Virus record (IMG/VR): IMGVR_UViG_3300027770_000054
Reading direction: 5' to 3' (one strand)
DNA length: 20,000 bases
Source: an uncultured virus (IMG/VR IMGVR_UViG_3300027770_000054)
Lineage: Duplodnaviria; Heunggongvirae; Uroviricota; Caudoviricetes
Shown here: in pieces, positions 1 to 7,749 of the stretch
Position numbering within the stretch: the first letter of the stretch is position 1
Layout: each line of letters starts with the position of its first letter
Translations under genes and position numbers: made by a program
Notes under the pieces: model-generated
Databases searched by the model: none
The model's input: only the letters and a program-made list of their open reading frames with translations
Told to the model about the DNA's origin: nothing

Positions 1-1809
1 GGAAAAACTGGAAATGTTGGTATTTCTGCTGGATCGTTCATAACAATCACTCAAACAGGAAACACATTTACAATATCTTCTAGTGTAGGAACTGTTGCAG
101 GTTCTACAGGAAATACTGGTGCTACTGGTTCTCCAGGTATTCAAGGTAACACTGGTAACACTGGTAATACAGGTATTCAAGGTAACACTGGTAACACTGG
201 TAATACAGGTATTCAAGGTAACACTGGAAATACTGGTAACACTGGAAATACAGGTATTCAAGGTAACACTGGTAATACTGGTAACACTGGAAATACAGGT
301 ATTCAAGGTAACACTGGTAACACTGGTAACACTGGTATTCAAGGTAACACTGGTAACACTGGAAATACAGGTATTCAAGGTAATACTGGAAATACTGGAG
401 CATGTGGTCCAACCGATATACGATCAACAAATTCAGCATCCACATTCTATCCATTATTTGCTGGAGGTTCTGGAAATACTTACATTTATATTGATGATGT
501 CACTACACCATTTACATATGTCCCAAGTAGTGGTGCATTAACAGCAAAGATATTCGCCATAGCAACTGGAGTTAATTCATCCTCATTGAACGCAACCTAT
601 GTTGAATTTAATACTAGTACAGACTCATCAAGTGTTTCTGCTACCAATATTGGTAATGTTGGATCATCACCATTTACAGTTCAATCAAATGTTAAATTAA
701 AATTAACTGCTCCAACTATAGAATTTTATGGATCTGGTTGGGGATATACATTCCCTGCATCAAATGGAACTACTGGTCAAGCATTACTGACAAGAGGTGA
801 TGCTGGACTTTATTGGGGAACGGTTTCTACATCTGGTGGTAGTGGAACAACTCTATTTGCTGGAAGAGGAATTACTCTAACTACAGCATCCGCAGGAACT
901 ACAGTTGCTACTATTCTAGGAATGACCAGTGCGAATGATGGATTCTTGATTTCTGGTGGTATAACCCAAAGAACTCTTGGATTTAGTGGTGGTGATGTGA
1001 CAATTGAAGGTGGAACATTTGCATCAGTAATAACATTCCCAACTGTATCTACAACACTTGTTGGAATTCACAATGCAGTAACTTCGTTCAATGGATCAAC
1101 TGGTGATATTACATTCGCTGGTGGTGTTACTGGAGTGAATGGTAAAACTGGAAATGCTTTTGTGTTTGAATATTATCTAGGGTTTACTTCCACCGTAAAC
1201 ACTTCAACATATCCAGAAGGTGGAACTGCTAATTATGCGTCAAATCAACCAGTATATTACAGTTCCTCACCATTTAATGATATAATATCATCGGGTAGAG
1301 CAAAACCAAATAGAGTTTATTTTAATCCATTTGTAATTCCAACCCAAACAACAATACAAATATTGCGACTTAGTGGATATCAAAACGGATTATGTGGTGG
1401 AACTGGAAATGTATTTTTAGGAATATATAATGCAAATTCTTATGGTATGCCAAAAGACAAACTATATTCGTCCAGCAGTCTAGTAGTATTAAGTGATTTT
1501 GCCAATACTCATGATTATAATCCTTCTGGATTGATTACTCTATCTCCTGGATATTATTATCTTGCAGCAGTATTTAATAATAATCCTACACTATATTCGT
1601 TTACTACTGGAGCGCAAACCAGTACAAGTCCATTTGGATCTCAAAATCTTGCTGGTGGATATCAGAACCGAGCTATTATTATAGATCAGGGTGGATTTAC
1701 CTTACCGATAAGTGGAATCACTAGTGGTGCTAGATTTGTTGATTATAGCGTTGGTGGAACATATACAAATCTTATGGTAAGTCCACTAATAGAATTTAGG
1801 ATTCTATAA
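1..1809 (+). CDS. Tail fibre / collagen-like adhesin, 5' end outside the window
   Basis: Frame 1 is open from base 1 ([13 protein letters not shown]...) through the tracked 586..1809 ORF to TAA, so the gene extends upstream of 586. It contains 35 G-X-Y triplets, [22 protein letters not shown] fibre motifs and an aromatic-rich C-terminal domain. Confidence 0.8.
   Translation, partial: GKTGNVGISAGSFITITQTGNTFTISSSVGTVAGSTGNTGATGSPGIQGNTGNTGNTGIQGNTGNTGNTGIQGNTGNTGNTGNTGIQGNTGNTGNTGNTGIQGNTGNTGNTGIQGNTGNTGNTGIQGNTGNTGACGPTDIRSTNSASTFYPLFAGGSGNTYIYIDDVTTPFTYVPSSGALTAKIFAIATGVNSSSLNATYVEFNTSTDSSSVSATNIGNVGSSPFTVQSNVKLKLTAPTIEFYGSGWGYTFPASNGTTGQALLTRGDAGLYWGTVSTSGGSGTTLFAGRGITLTTASAGTTVATILGMTSANDGFLISGGITQRTLGFSGGDVTIEGGTFASVITFPTVSTTLVGIHNAVTSFNGSTGDITFAGGVTGVNGKTGNAFVFEYYLGFTSTVNTSTYPEGGTANYASNQPVYYSSSPFNDIISSGRAKPNRVYFNPFVIPTQTTIQILRLSGYQNGLCGGTGNVFLGIYNANSYGMPKDKLYSSSSLVVLSDFANTHDYNPSGLITLSPGYYYLAAVFNNNPTLYSFTTGAQTSTSPFGSQNLAGGYQNRAIIIDQGGFTLPISGITSGARFVDYSVGGTYTNLMVSPLIEFRIL
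100..414 (+). repeat. Collagen-like (G-X-Y)35 coding repeat, mostly GNT with seven GIQ units
   Basis: GGTATTCAA (GIQ) occurs at 136, 172, 208, 253, 298, 334 and 370 (spacing 36, 36, 45, 45, 36, 36 nt), separated by GGW-AAY-ACW 9-mers. Confidence 0.95.
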
Positions 1810-2144
1810 TGAAAGTATTCAAACAATACAGTTTCAACGAACTCACACAAGAATCAACTTTAATAGATGATAGAGATTTTTATCATTGTAAACAATTTCA
1901 ATTAAAAGAGCTAAGAAATATTGCTAACAAACTGATTATCTCTAGTGTTCCAGAATATAAGCAAAGAAACGCAGCACTTGGATTGCTGTCTGATGAAGAA
2001 ACACAACAGATTAAAGATTCAATACAAGCAATAAGAACAATATCAAATCAAAAAGAAGCAGAGATACTCGCAGTTGTTTGGGATGGACAAGAATCCACAA
2101 GAGCAGAAGCGTGTGATATAGTTCAGAGGATATTCTGGGAATAA
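1809..2144 (+). CDS. Putative tail fibre assembly chaperone (111 aa)
   Basis: Translationally coupled to the fibre gene (TAATG overlap). Small helical protein with P-x-YKQ-x-N and IR-xx-SN-xx-EA-x-I patterns and a near-terminal W, resembling small proteins that follow phage fibre genes. Confidence 0.55.
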   Translation: MKVFKQYSFNELTQESTLIDDRDFYHCKQFQLKELRNIANKLIISSVPEYKQRNAALGLLSDEETQQIKDSIQAIRTISNQKEAEILAVVWDGQESTRAEACDIVQRIFWE

Positions 2145-2147
2145 ATA
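2140..2147 (+). promoter_or_regulatory. Probable T4-type late promoter (AATAAATA)
   Basis: One mismatch to the T4 gp55 consensus TATAAATA. It overlaps a stop codon and ends 11 nt before the ATG at 2159. Confidence 0.5.
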
Positions 2148-2158
2148 ATTAAACTACC

Positions 2159-3115
2159 ATGCCACTAGATTTTCCTTCAAATCCAACCCTCAATTTACCA
2201 TACACTTTCAACGGAACTCAATGGAAGTGGAATGGTTCTGCTTGGTTGATTGTTGGTGATAATTTTGGTACTACAGGAGCAACAGGACCAGCTGGAAATA
2301 CTGGAAACACTGGTAATAATGGAACAACAGGTAACACTGGTGCTACGGGATCTGGTTATACTGCTGCTGGTCTTTCTGGTGGATTCTTATGGATAACTCC
2401 AGTTTTATCTTCTGGTATACTTGGAGCATCATTCTCCATTGGATATGTTATTGGTTCAACTGGAGCAACTGGAAGAACTGGTACTACTGGATCTACAGGT
2501 GCTACGGGATCTGGTTATACGGCTATTGGTATTTCTGGTGGATTTCTTTGGATATCACCAGTAGATAATTTTGGTATTCGCGGAGCATCATTCTCTATAG
2601 GATATGTTCAAGGAAATACTGGAAACACTGGTAATACAGGTAATAATGGAAGTACAGGTAATACTGGAAACACTGGTAATACAGGTAATAATGGAAGTAC
2701 AGGTAATACTGGAAACACTGGTAACAATGGAAATACTGGCAACACTGGTGCTACAGGATCTGGATATACTGCTATAGGATTATCTGGTGGATTCTTGTGG
2801 ATATCACCAGTAGATGGATTTGGTATTCGTGGAGCATCATTCTCCATTGGATATGTTCAAGGTAATACAGGTAATACAGGAAATGACGGAACACCTGGAA
2901 CAATTAGTGGTTCATATGTTCAGACCATAAATGGATTTACGGGTGGTGTTACATTGGCACAAGGAACCAATGTTACAATAAATTCTGTTGGAAATATAAT
3001 AACAATCAACTCATCTGGAGCTGGGGGTGGAGTAGATGGAGTTTCTACATATGATGGTAGAACTGGTAATATTTTCACACCACCATTAATTTTATACGCA
3101 TTAGGAATAATTTAA
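2159..3115 (+). CDS. Collagen-like virion fibre protein with three 37-aa repeats (318 aa)
   Basis: The N-terminus MPLDFPSNPT...WKWNGSAW resembles T4-like phage structural fibres. GNT/GAT collagen tracts alternate with three GATGSGYTAxGxSGGFLWIxPV...GASFSIGYV repeats. Confidence 0.8.
   Translation: MPLDFPSNPTLNLPYTFNGTQWKWNGSAWLIVGDNFGTTGATGPAGNTGNTGNNGTTGNTGATGSGYTAAGLSGGFLWITPVLSSGILGASFSIGYVIGSTGATGRTGTTGSTGATGSGYTAIGISGGFLWISPVDNFGIRGASFSIGYVQGNTGNTGNTGNNGSTGNTGNTGNTGNNGSTGNTGNTGNNGNTGNTGATGSGYTAIGLSGGFLWISPVDGFGIRGASFSIGYVQGNTGNTGNDGTPGTISGSYVQTINGFTGGVTLAQGTNVTINSVGNIITINSSGAGGGVDGVSTYDGRTGNIFTPPLILYALGII
2339..2857 (+). repeat. Three dispersed 111-nt repeats separated by collagen tracts
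   Basis: Copies at 2339-2449, 2498-2608 and 2747-2857, plus a 45-nt tandem duplication at 2621/2666 in the intervening GNT tract. Confidence 0.9.
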
Positions 3116-3125
3116 GGAAAATACA

Positions 3126-3563
3126 ATGGCAACAACCGCACAATTTGTCGCATCACCTATAATTGATATCACACAAATTGGTCCTACAGCAAATACTGGA
3201 AGAACTGGTGGTGGAACTATTGGTACTGATATATTTTTAGTATGTTCTGGACCAACATTCTCTGGTGGATCTGGTGTTGGAAAAAGAATCACTCGCGGAG
3301 TAATTCATGGGGTCAGTGGAACTTCTAGCGGAATTGTAAGATTTTTTCTATCTCCAGACAGTGGAACAACGCGAAGAGTCATATTGGAAAAACCAGTATA
3401 TGGCACAACAGTTTCTTCCACTACTTCAGCATATAGAACAGAAATTCCAGAATTAGTTGGAATGGTAGTTCCAGGTGTAAGCGGAGCAAACGCATATCAA
3501 ATATATGCTTCAACTCATGTAGCGGATACCTATAATATAATTATTGAGAGTGGAGTTCTATGA
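3126..3563 (+). CDS. Hypothetical virion-associated beta-rich protein (145 aa)
   Basis: AAGGA ribosome-binding site upstream, ATGA overlap with the next gene, and location inside the fibre cluster. Confidence 0.65.
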   Translation: MATTAQFVASPIIDITQIGPTANTGRTGGGTIGTDIFLVCSGPTFSGGSGVGKRITRGVIHGVSGTSSGIVRFFLSPDSGTTRRVILEKPVYGTTVSSTTSAYRTEIPELVGMVVPGVSGANAYQIYASTHVADTYNIIIESGVL

Positions 3564-4567
3564 ATCAAGGGATATATGGATTTCCTTCTACAACTGGAAT
3601 AGCATTACCAAATATAATCAGTATTACTGAATTTGACGCAAATGCATCTTACGCTATTCCGCCTACTGCTGCATCATTGCAGATTCTTTTAATTGGTGGT
3701 GCTGGTGGTGGCGGTGGTGGTGCTGCTGGAAATAATAACAATGCAGCTGGTGGTGGTGCAGGATCAGGTGGAAGCATTATATATCTTGACTGTTTGGTTG
3801 TGGAAGATCTTCCTTCAATAACACTCAATGTGACGATTGGTGCTGGTGGTGCTGGCGGTGCTAGTGCAATTCCAGGTACTAGATCTGCCACAAATGGTGG
3901 ACCTGGTGGAAATTCTAGTATATCAATGTCTGGGTTTCCAGGATTATTCATCAGAGCGCAAGGTGGTGGTGGAGGTGCAACTAGTGGAGCAACCACCCTT
4001 ACAGCAGGTGGTGTTGCTGCTGGTGGTGCAAGTAAACAGTCAAATTTTGGATTTGTGAATACACCAAATTCAAGTGGGCAAAACGGTGGATTTTCTAATG
4101 CATTGCTTCCTGTTGTAATATCGGATGCAAGAAATAATAATGGTGCTGGTGGTGGTAGTTGTACTTCAGCATCCATTGCCTTCACAGGTGGGTCTATTGA
4201 AATAGCAACTAATGCAACAGTATCATCTCAACCAATTCTATATCATTTAAATTTACCACTTGTCGGTGCTGCTTTTGGAATAACAGCAGCGTTAGGTGGA
4301 GCTATAAATGCAGGTCCAACATTAGGTGCTGGACAAAACGGTACATTTATGATTGGAACTAGTATGAAATTATTGGGTGGTGGAATTGGTGGTGCGGGTG
4401 GTGGTGGTAGTATTAGTGCTGGAGCAACCCAAGGTGGTGGTAATGGAGGCAATGGGTTTCGCGGTGGAGGCGGTGGAGGTGGAGGGGCAGCTAGAGCCAC
4501 TGGAGTTCCTGGTGGAACTGGTGGGAATGGTGGAAATGGTTATTGTTGTATAGTAGCAAAGATGTAA
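3560..4567 (+). CDS. Glycine-rich tail-fibre-associated protein (335 aa)
   Basis: LIGGAGGGGGG...GGGAGSGG...VTIGAGGAGG...GGNGGNGYCCI pattern, typical of phage glycine-rich (polyglycine-II) adhesin domains. Confidence 0.8.
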   Translation: MNQGIYGFPSTTGIALPNIISITEFDANASYAIPPTAASLQILLIGGAGGGGGGAAGNNNNAAGGGAGSGGSIIYLDCLVVEDLPSITLNVTIGAGGAGGASAIPGTRSATNGGPGGNSSISMSGFPGLFIRAQGGGGGATSGATTLTAGGVAAGGASKQSNFGFVNTPNSSGQNGGFSNALLPVVISDARNNNGAGGGSCTSASIAFTGGSIEIATNATVSSQPILYHLNLPLVGAAFGITAALGGAINAGPTLGAGQNGTFMIGTSMKLLGGGIGGAGGGGSISAGATQGGGNGGNGFRGGGGGGGGAARATGVPGGTGGNGGNGYCCIVAKM

Positions 4568-4571
4568 AAAT

Positions 4572-5468
4572 ATGTCAGCACCAAGTCCATCATTAAATTC
4601 AGGAGCGATTGATCAATTCTATAATAGAGTTGCAATTGTTCGTTCTTCTGACAGCAGAGTTATTGATATTGTTGTGTCTGGTGGTTCTGTATTCCCAGAT
4701 GCATATGGTGTGACAGTTGTTGCTATTTCAGTTTTATCTACTGAAACTTGTGAGATATATTGGATATATGATGAACTTGGTATTCCAAGATTTTATAGTG
4801 ATGGAACAAATTACGAAAGATCTTTAGAAGTACCAATAACAGTATTTCCAGGTTCTATAGCAGTTGGAAATAATCCACCTATATCAGATCGTGGATTCTA
4901 TGTTCAATTTCCAGATGGAACCACACAAGATAGTGCAGTAAATAGAACAAGACTTACAACATTCACTGCTATACAAGAATTTGCTGCTGGAATTTCTTCT
5001 GGTCAAATAATCGCAACAGATACAACTGATGGTGTTGGACTTATAGCAGCAAAAGCAATGTCTGGATCTAATTCCAGAATAGGTGCAATTCGTTTAGGAT
5101 ATGTCAATGGTACTTCACAGTACAATACATTGCTTCACAATTCATCTGGAACATTCACGATCTATAATGGATTCAGTTCAACTGGTTCCAACCTTTTAAA
5201 TATCAGTTCTACAGTTATGAATGTAAATGTTCCAGTTTCTGGAATGACATTTACTGGAAATATTTACGCACCTAATATCGTAAATTCAGTCAATGGTTGT
5301 ACTGGAATACTTGGAATCACAGGAACAACGGGAGAGATAGAAGTAACAAGTATATGCCCCAATATTATCATTGGTCTTCCAAATAATGTAACAATTTCTG
5401 GTAATTTAAATGTTGGAGGGGATATTCAAATGTTTGGTTCCATATACATAGACGGAGGGACTTACTAA
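4572..5468 (+). CDS. Tail-fibre-related protein with chaperone-like N-terminus and C-terminal DGGTY (298 aa)
   Basis: The N-terminal RVAIVR...VIDIV...PRFY resembles the N-terminus of 9858..10271. About 90 central residues are homologous to the 7750 fibre. Ends in IDGGTY. Confidence 0.7.
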   Translation: MSAPSPSLNSGAIDQFYNRVAIVRSSDSRVIDIVVSGGSVFPDAYGVTVVAISVLSTETCEIYWIYDELGIPRFYSDGTNYERSLEVPITVFPGSIAVGNNPPISDRGFYVQFPDGTTQDSAVNRTRLTTFTAIQEFAAGISSGQIIATDTTDGVGLIAAKAMSGSNSRIGAIRLGYVNGTSQYNTLLHNSSGTFTIYNGFSSTGSNLLNISSTVMNVNVPVSGMTFTGNIYAPNIVNSVNGCTGILGITGTTGEIEVTSICPNIIIGLPNNVTISGNLNVGGDIQMFGSIYIDGGTY

Positions 5469-5469
5469 T

Positions 5470-7200
5470 ATGTCAACAATTCGAGTTAAACGATCAACAT
5501 CATCTACTGCACCATCAGGCCTTACATTCGGCGAACCAGCGTTCGTTGATGGAATAAATTCATTATATGTCGCAAAGAATGATGGAACATCATTGCGAGT
5601 TGGTGCAGAAATTGACACCACCGTTACTCTAGGCACTAGTGATAATAAGATTCCAACCCAAAAAGCAGTAAAGGTCTATGTTGATAATAATATCGCAGGA
5701 GGTTCCATATCTTCATTGAATGGTCTTACTGGTGCGGTTAATATTTATGGTGGTTCTGGTGTCTCCGTTGCTGCTGCTGCTGGTGGAATAACCCTAACGA
5801 ACACAGGCGTTGTATCTGCGGTTGCAGGAACAGGAATTTCCGTATCGGCGGCCACAGGAGCGGTCACCTTTACAAATACTGGTGTTCAGTCTGCGGTTGC
5901 AGGAAACCAAATAACAGTTTCTGGTGCTACAGGAGCAGTTACTGTTGCGGTAACTGCTACTCCAAGTTTCACCACAATCTCAACCTCTGGAGATGGTACG
6001 GTTGGTGGAAATTTAGTTGTTACTGGTAATCTGACAATCAACGGAACTACCACCACCGTTAACAGCAATACGATGACCATAGACGATCCGCTGCTTACCC
6101 TTGGAACCTCGGGTGGTCTACCGATTTCCGCATCGGATTCAGGAAAAGATCGTGGTATTGTATTTAATTATTATGATACTGCTGGTCGCACAGGATTCTT
6201 TGGTTGGGATGCAAGTGCTGCTGAATTCGTATTTCAGAAGAATTCAACGGTTACTGGTGAAGTGGTCACAGGAGTTTCCTATGGAAATCTTCATGTTGCA
6301 AGTTTAGTATTACAAAATGGTGCGGTTACACCAGATACGGTTATTGGCAGTGCAGCAGGAAATCAAACTCATACATTTAGAGATTACGGCGGAACCATTG
6401 TTACCGTCAATGGTGAACCCACAACAGGATATATTCTCAAGGGAAATTCTCTTGGAGCACACACTTGGCAAAACCCAAATGCCGCAGGATTTACTGCATT
6501 CGCAGCGACTAGTTTAGCAACTGCTCGTACATTCTCCCTGACAGGTGATGTCACGGCAACTGGAATCACCTTTGATGGAACTGGCAATGTCACACTGTCC
6601 ACAACGATTGCAGCTAATTCAGTAGCACTCGGAACTGATACCACAGGAAATTATGCTCAAGATGTTAGTGTTGCTGGTTTAGGTCTTACTATAAGTGGTG
6701 CAGCAGGAGAAGGCACACAATACATCATAACATCTGGTGCGACTTCTGCAAATACAGCATCTCAGATTGTTGCTAGAGATGCTTCTGGTAATTTCACAGC
6801 AGGAACAATAACCGCAAACTTGACTGGAAATGTTTCTGGTAGTGCTGCTACACTAACAACTTCTCGTACAATAGGTCTTACTGGCGATATATTTGGATCA
6901 GCATCCTTCAATGGATCTGCTGATGCAACTATTACTGCTACTATTGCGGCAGGATCCATTCTTGATGCAGATATTAATGCATCTGCTGGTATAGTAGATA
7001 CTAAACTTGCTACTATATCTACTGCTAATAAAGTTTCTATATCTGCATTGGATATAGATGGCGCAACATCCGCAGGAAACATCGTAGGAGCTGACCTCTT
7101 GATTGTGGATGACGGCGCAAACGGCACAAACAGAAAAGTCACGGTTGACAATCTATTCGGATCAACCAGCACTGCTATTGTTGATGGTGGAACATACTAA
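5470..7200 (+). CDS. Tail fibre protein (576 aa)
   Basis: N-terminal IRVKRS...PSGLTFGEPAF anchor-type motif, 24-aa TNTGVxSAVAG repeats, two ATxLxTxRTxxLTGD fibre repeats, GNLTINGTTTTVNS motif. Ends in VDGGTY. Confidence 0.85.
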   Translation: MSTIRVKRSTSSTAPSGLTFGEPAFVDGINSLYVAKNDGTSLRVGAEIDTTVTLGTSDNKIPTQKAVKVYVDNNIAGGSISSLNGLTGAVNIYGGSGVSVAAAAGGITLTNTGVVSAVAGTGISVSAATGAVTFTNTGVQSAVAGNQITVSGATGAVTVAVTATPSFTTISTSGDGTVGGNLVVTGNLTINGTTTTVNSNTMTIDDPLLTLGTSGGLPISASDSGKDRGIVFNYYDTAGRTGFFGWDASAAEFVFQKNSTVTGEVVTGVSYGNLHVASLVLQNGAVTPDTVIGSAAGNQTHTFRDYGGTIVTVNGEPTTGYILKGNSLGAHTWQNPNAAGFTAFAATSLATARTFSLTGDVTATGITFDGTGNVTLSTTIAANSVALGTDTTGNYAQDVSVAGLGLTISGAAGEGTQYIITSGATSANTASQIVARDASGNFTAGTITANLTGNVSGSAATLTTSRTIGLTGDIFGSASFNGSADATITATIAAGSILDADINASAGIVDTKLATISTANKVSISALDIDGATSAGNIVGADLLIVDDGANGTNRKVTVDNLFGSTSTAIVDGGTY

Positions 7201-7206
7201 TAAATA
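7199..7206 (+). promoter_or_regulatory. Probable T4-type late promoter (AATAAATA) followed by a GGAGG RBS
   Basis: Overlaps the fibre stop codon. GGAGG at 7211-7215 precedes the ATG at 7222. Confidence 0.5.
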
Positions 7207-7221
7207 CTATGGAGGTATATA

Positions 7222-7746
7222 ATGGAAGAAGTGAATTATAATGATAAGGTCGTGCTACCATTCTTAGAGAAGAAGTGTAAAGACTTATTAAGTCTAAACC
7301 TTGTATTTGAGGCGAAGTTATTGATTGAGCAAAACAAGGTAAAGGACTTTGAGGCTTTTGCAAATCAAGAAAATGAAAAAGTAGAAGGTCTTGTCAATCA
7401 AATAGAGAATCTCAAACTCAATATAGAGAATATCAATAAATCTATCGGCGAGTATACATCTGCCAGAAACGATGCAGTAAATCAGTTGAATCAACTGCAA
7501 CAGGATATGTCCAATCTGAATAATAGATTTATACGAGAAGAGTCAATGAAGAATAATGCCATTGGAGAATATGATATTCTACAGAAACGGTGTTCTGCTC
7601 TTGAACTTGAGAATTCGCAATTGAAGAACACTATTGCTGAAAGCAAAGAACTAAATATTAAATATTCTGCTCTTGAAGTTGAGAATTCGGAATTGAAGAA
7701 CACTATTGCTGAAAGTAAAGTTAAAAAACAAAAAGTAGCAGTGTAA
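7222..7746 (+). CDS. Coiled-coil protein of unknown function (174 aa)
   Basis: Strong RBS, heptad-like L/I/N/E/K/Q composition, and an internal duplication SALE(L/V)ENS(Q/E)LKNTIAESK. Confidence 0.75.
   Translation: MEEVNYNDKVVLPFLEKKCKDLLSLNLVFEAKLLIEQNKVKDFEAFANQENEKVEGLVNQIENLKLNIENINKSIGEYTSARNDAVNQLNQLQQDMSNLNNRFIREESMKNNAIGEYDILQKRCSALELENSQLKNTIAESKELNIKYSALEVENSELKNTIAESKVKKQKVAV
7594..7722 (+). repeat. Direct repeat of ~57 nt with 72-nt period
   Basis: TCTGCTCTTGAA(C/G)TTGAGAATTCG(C/G)AATTGAAGAACACTATTGCTGAAAG(C/T)AAAG at 7594 and 7666. Confidence 0.9.
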
Positions 7747-7749
7747 CAC

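Noticed and set aside
95..541. Alternative-frame ORFs 95..541 (+) and 122..454 (-)
   Set aside because: They are shadows of the collagen repeat. Frame 1 is open from base 1 and continuous with the fibre gene.
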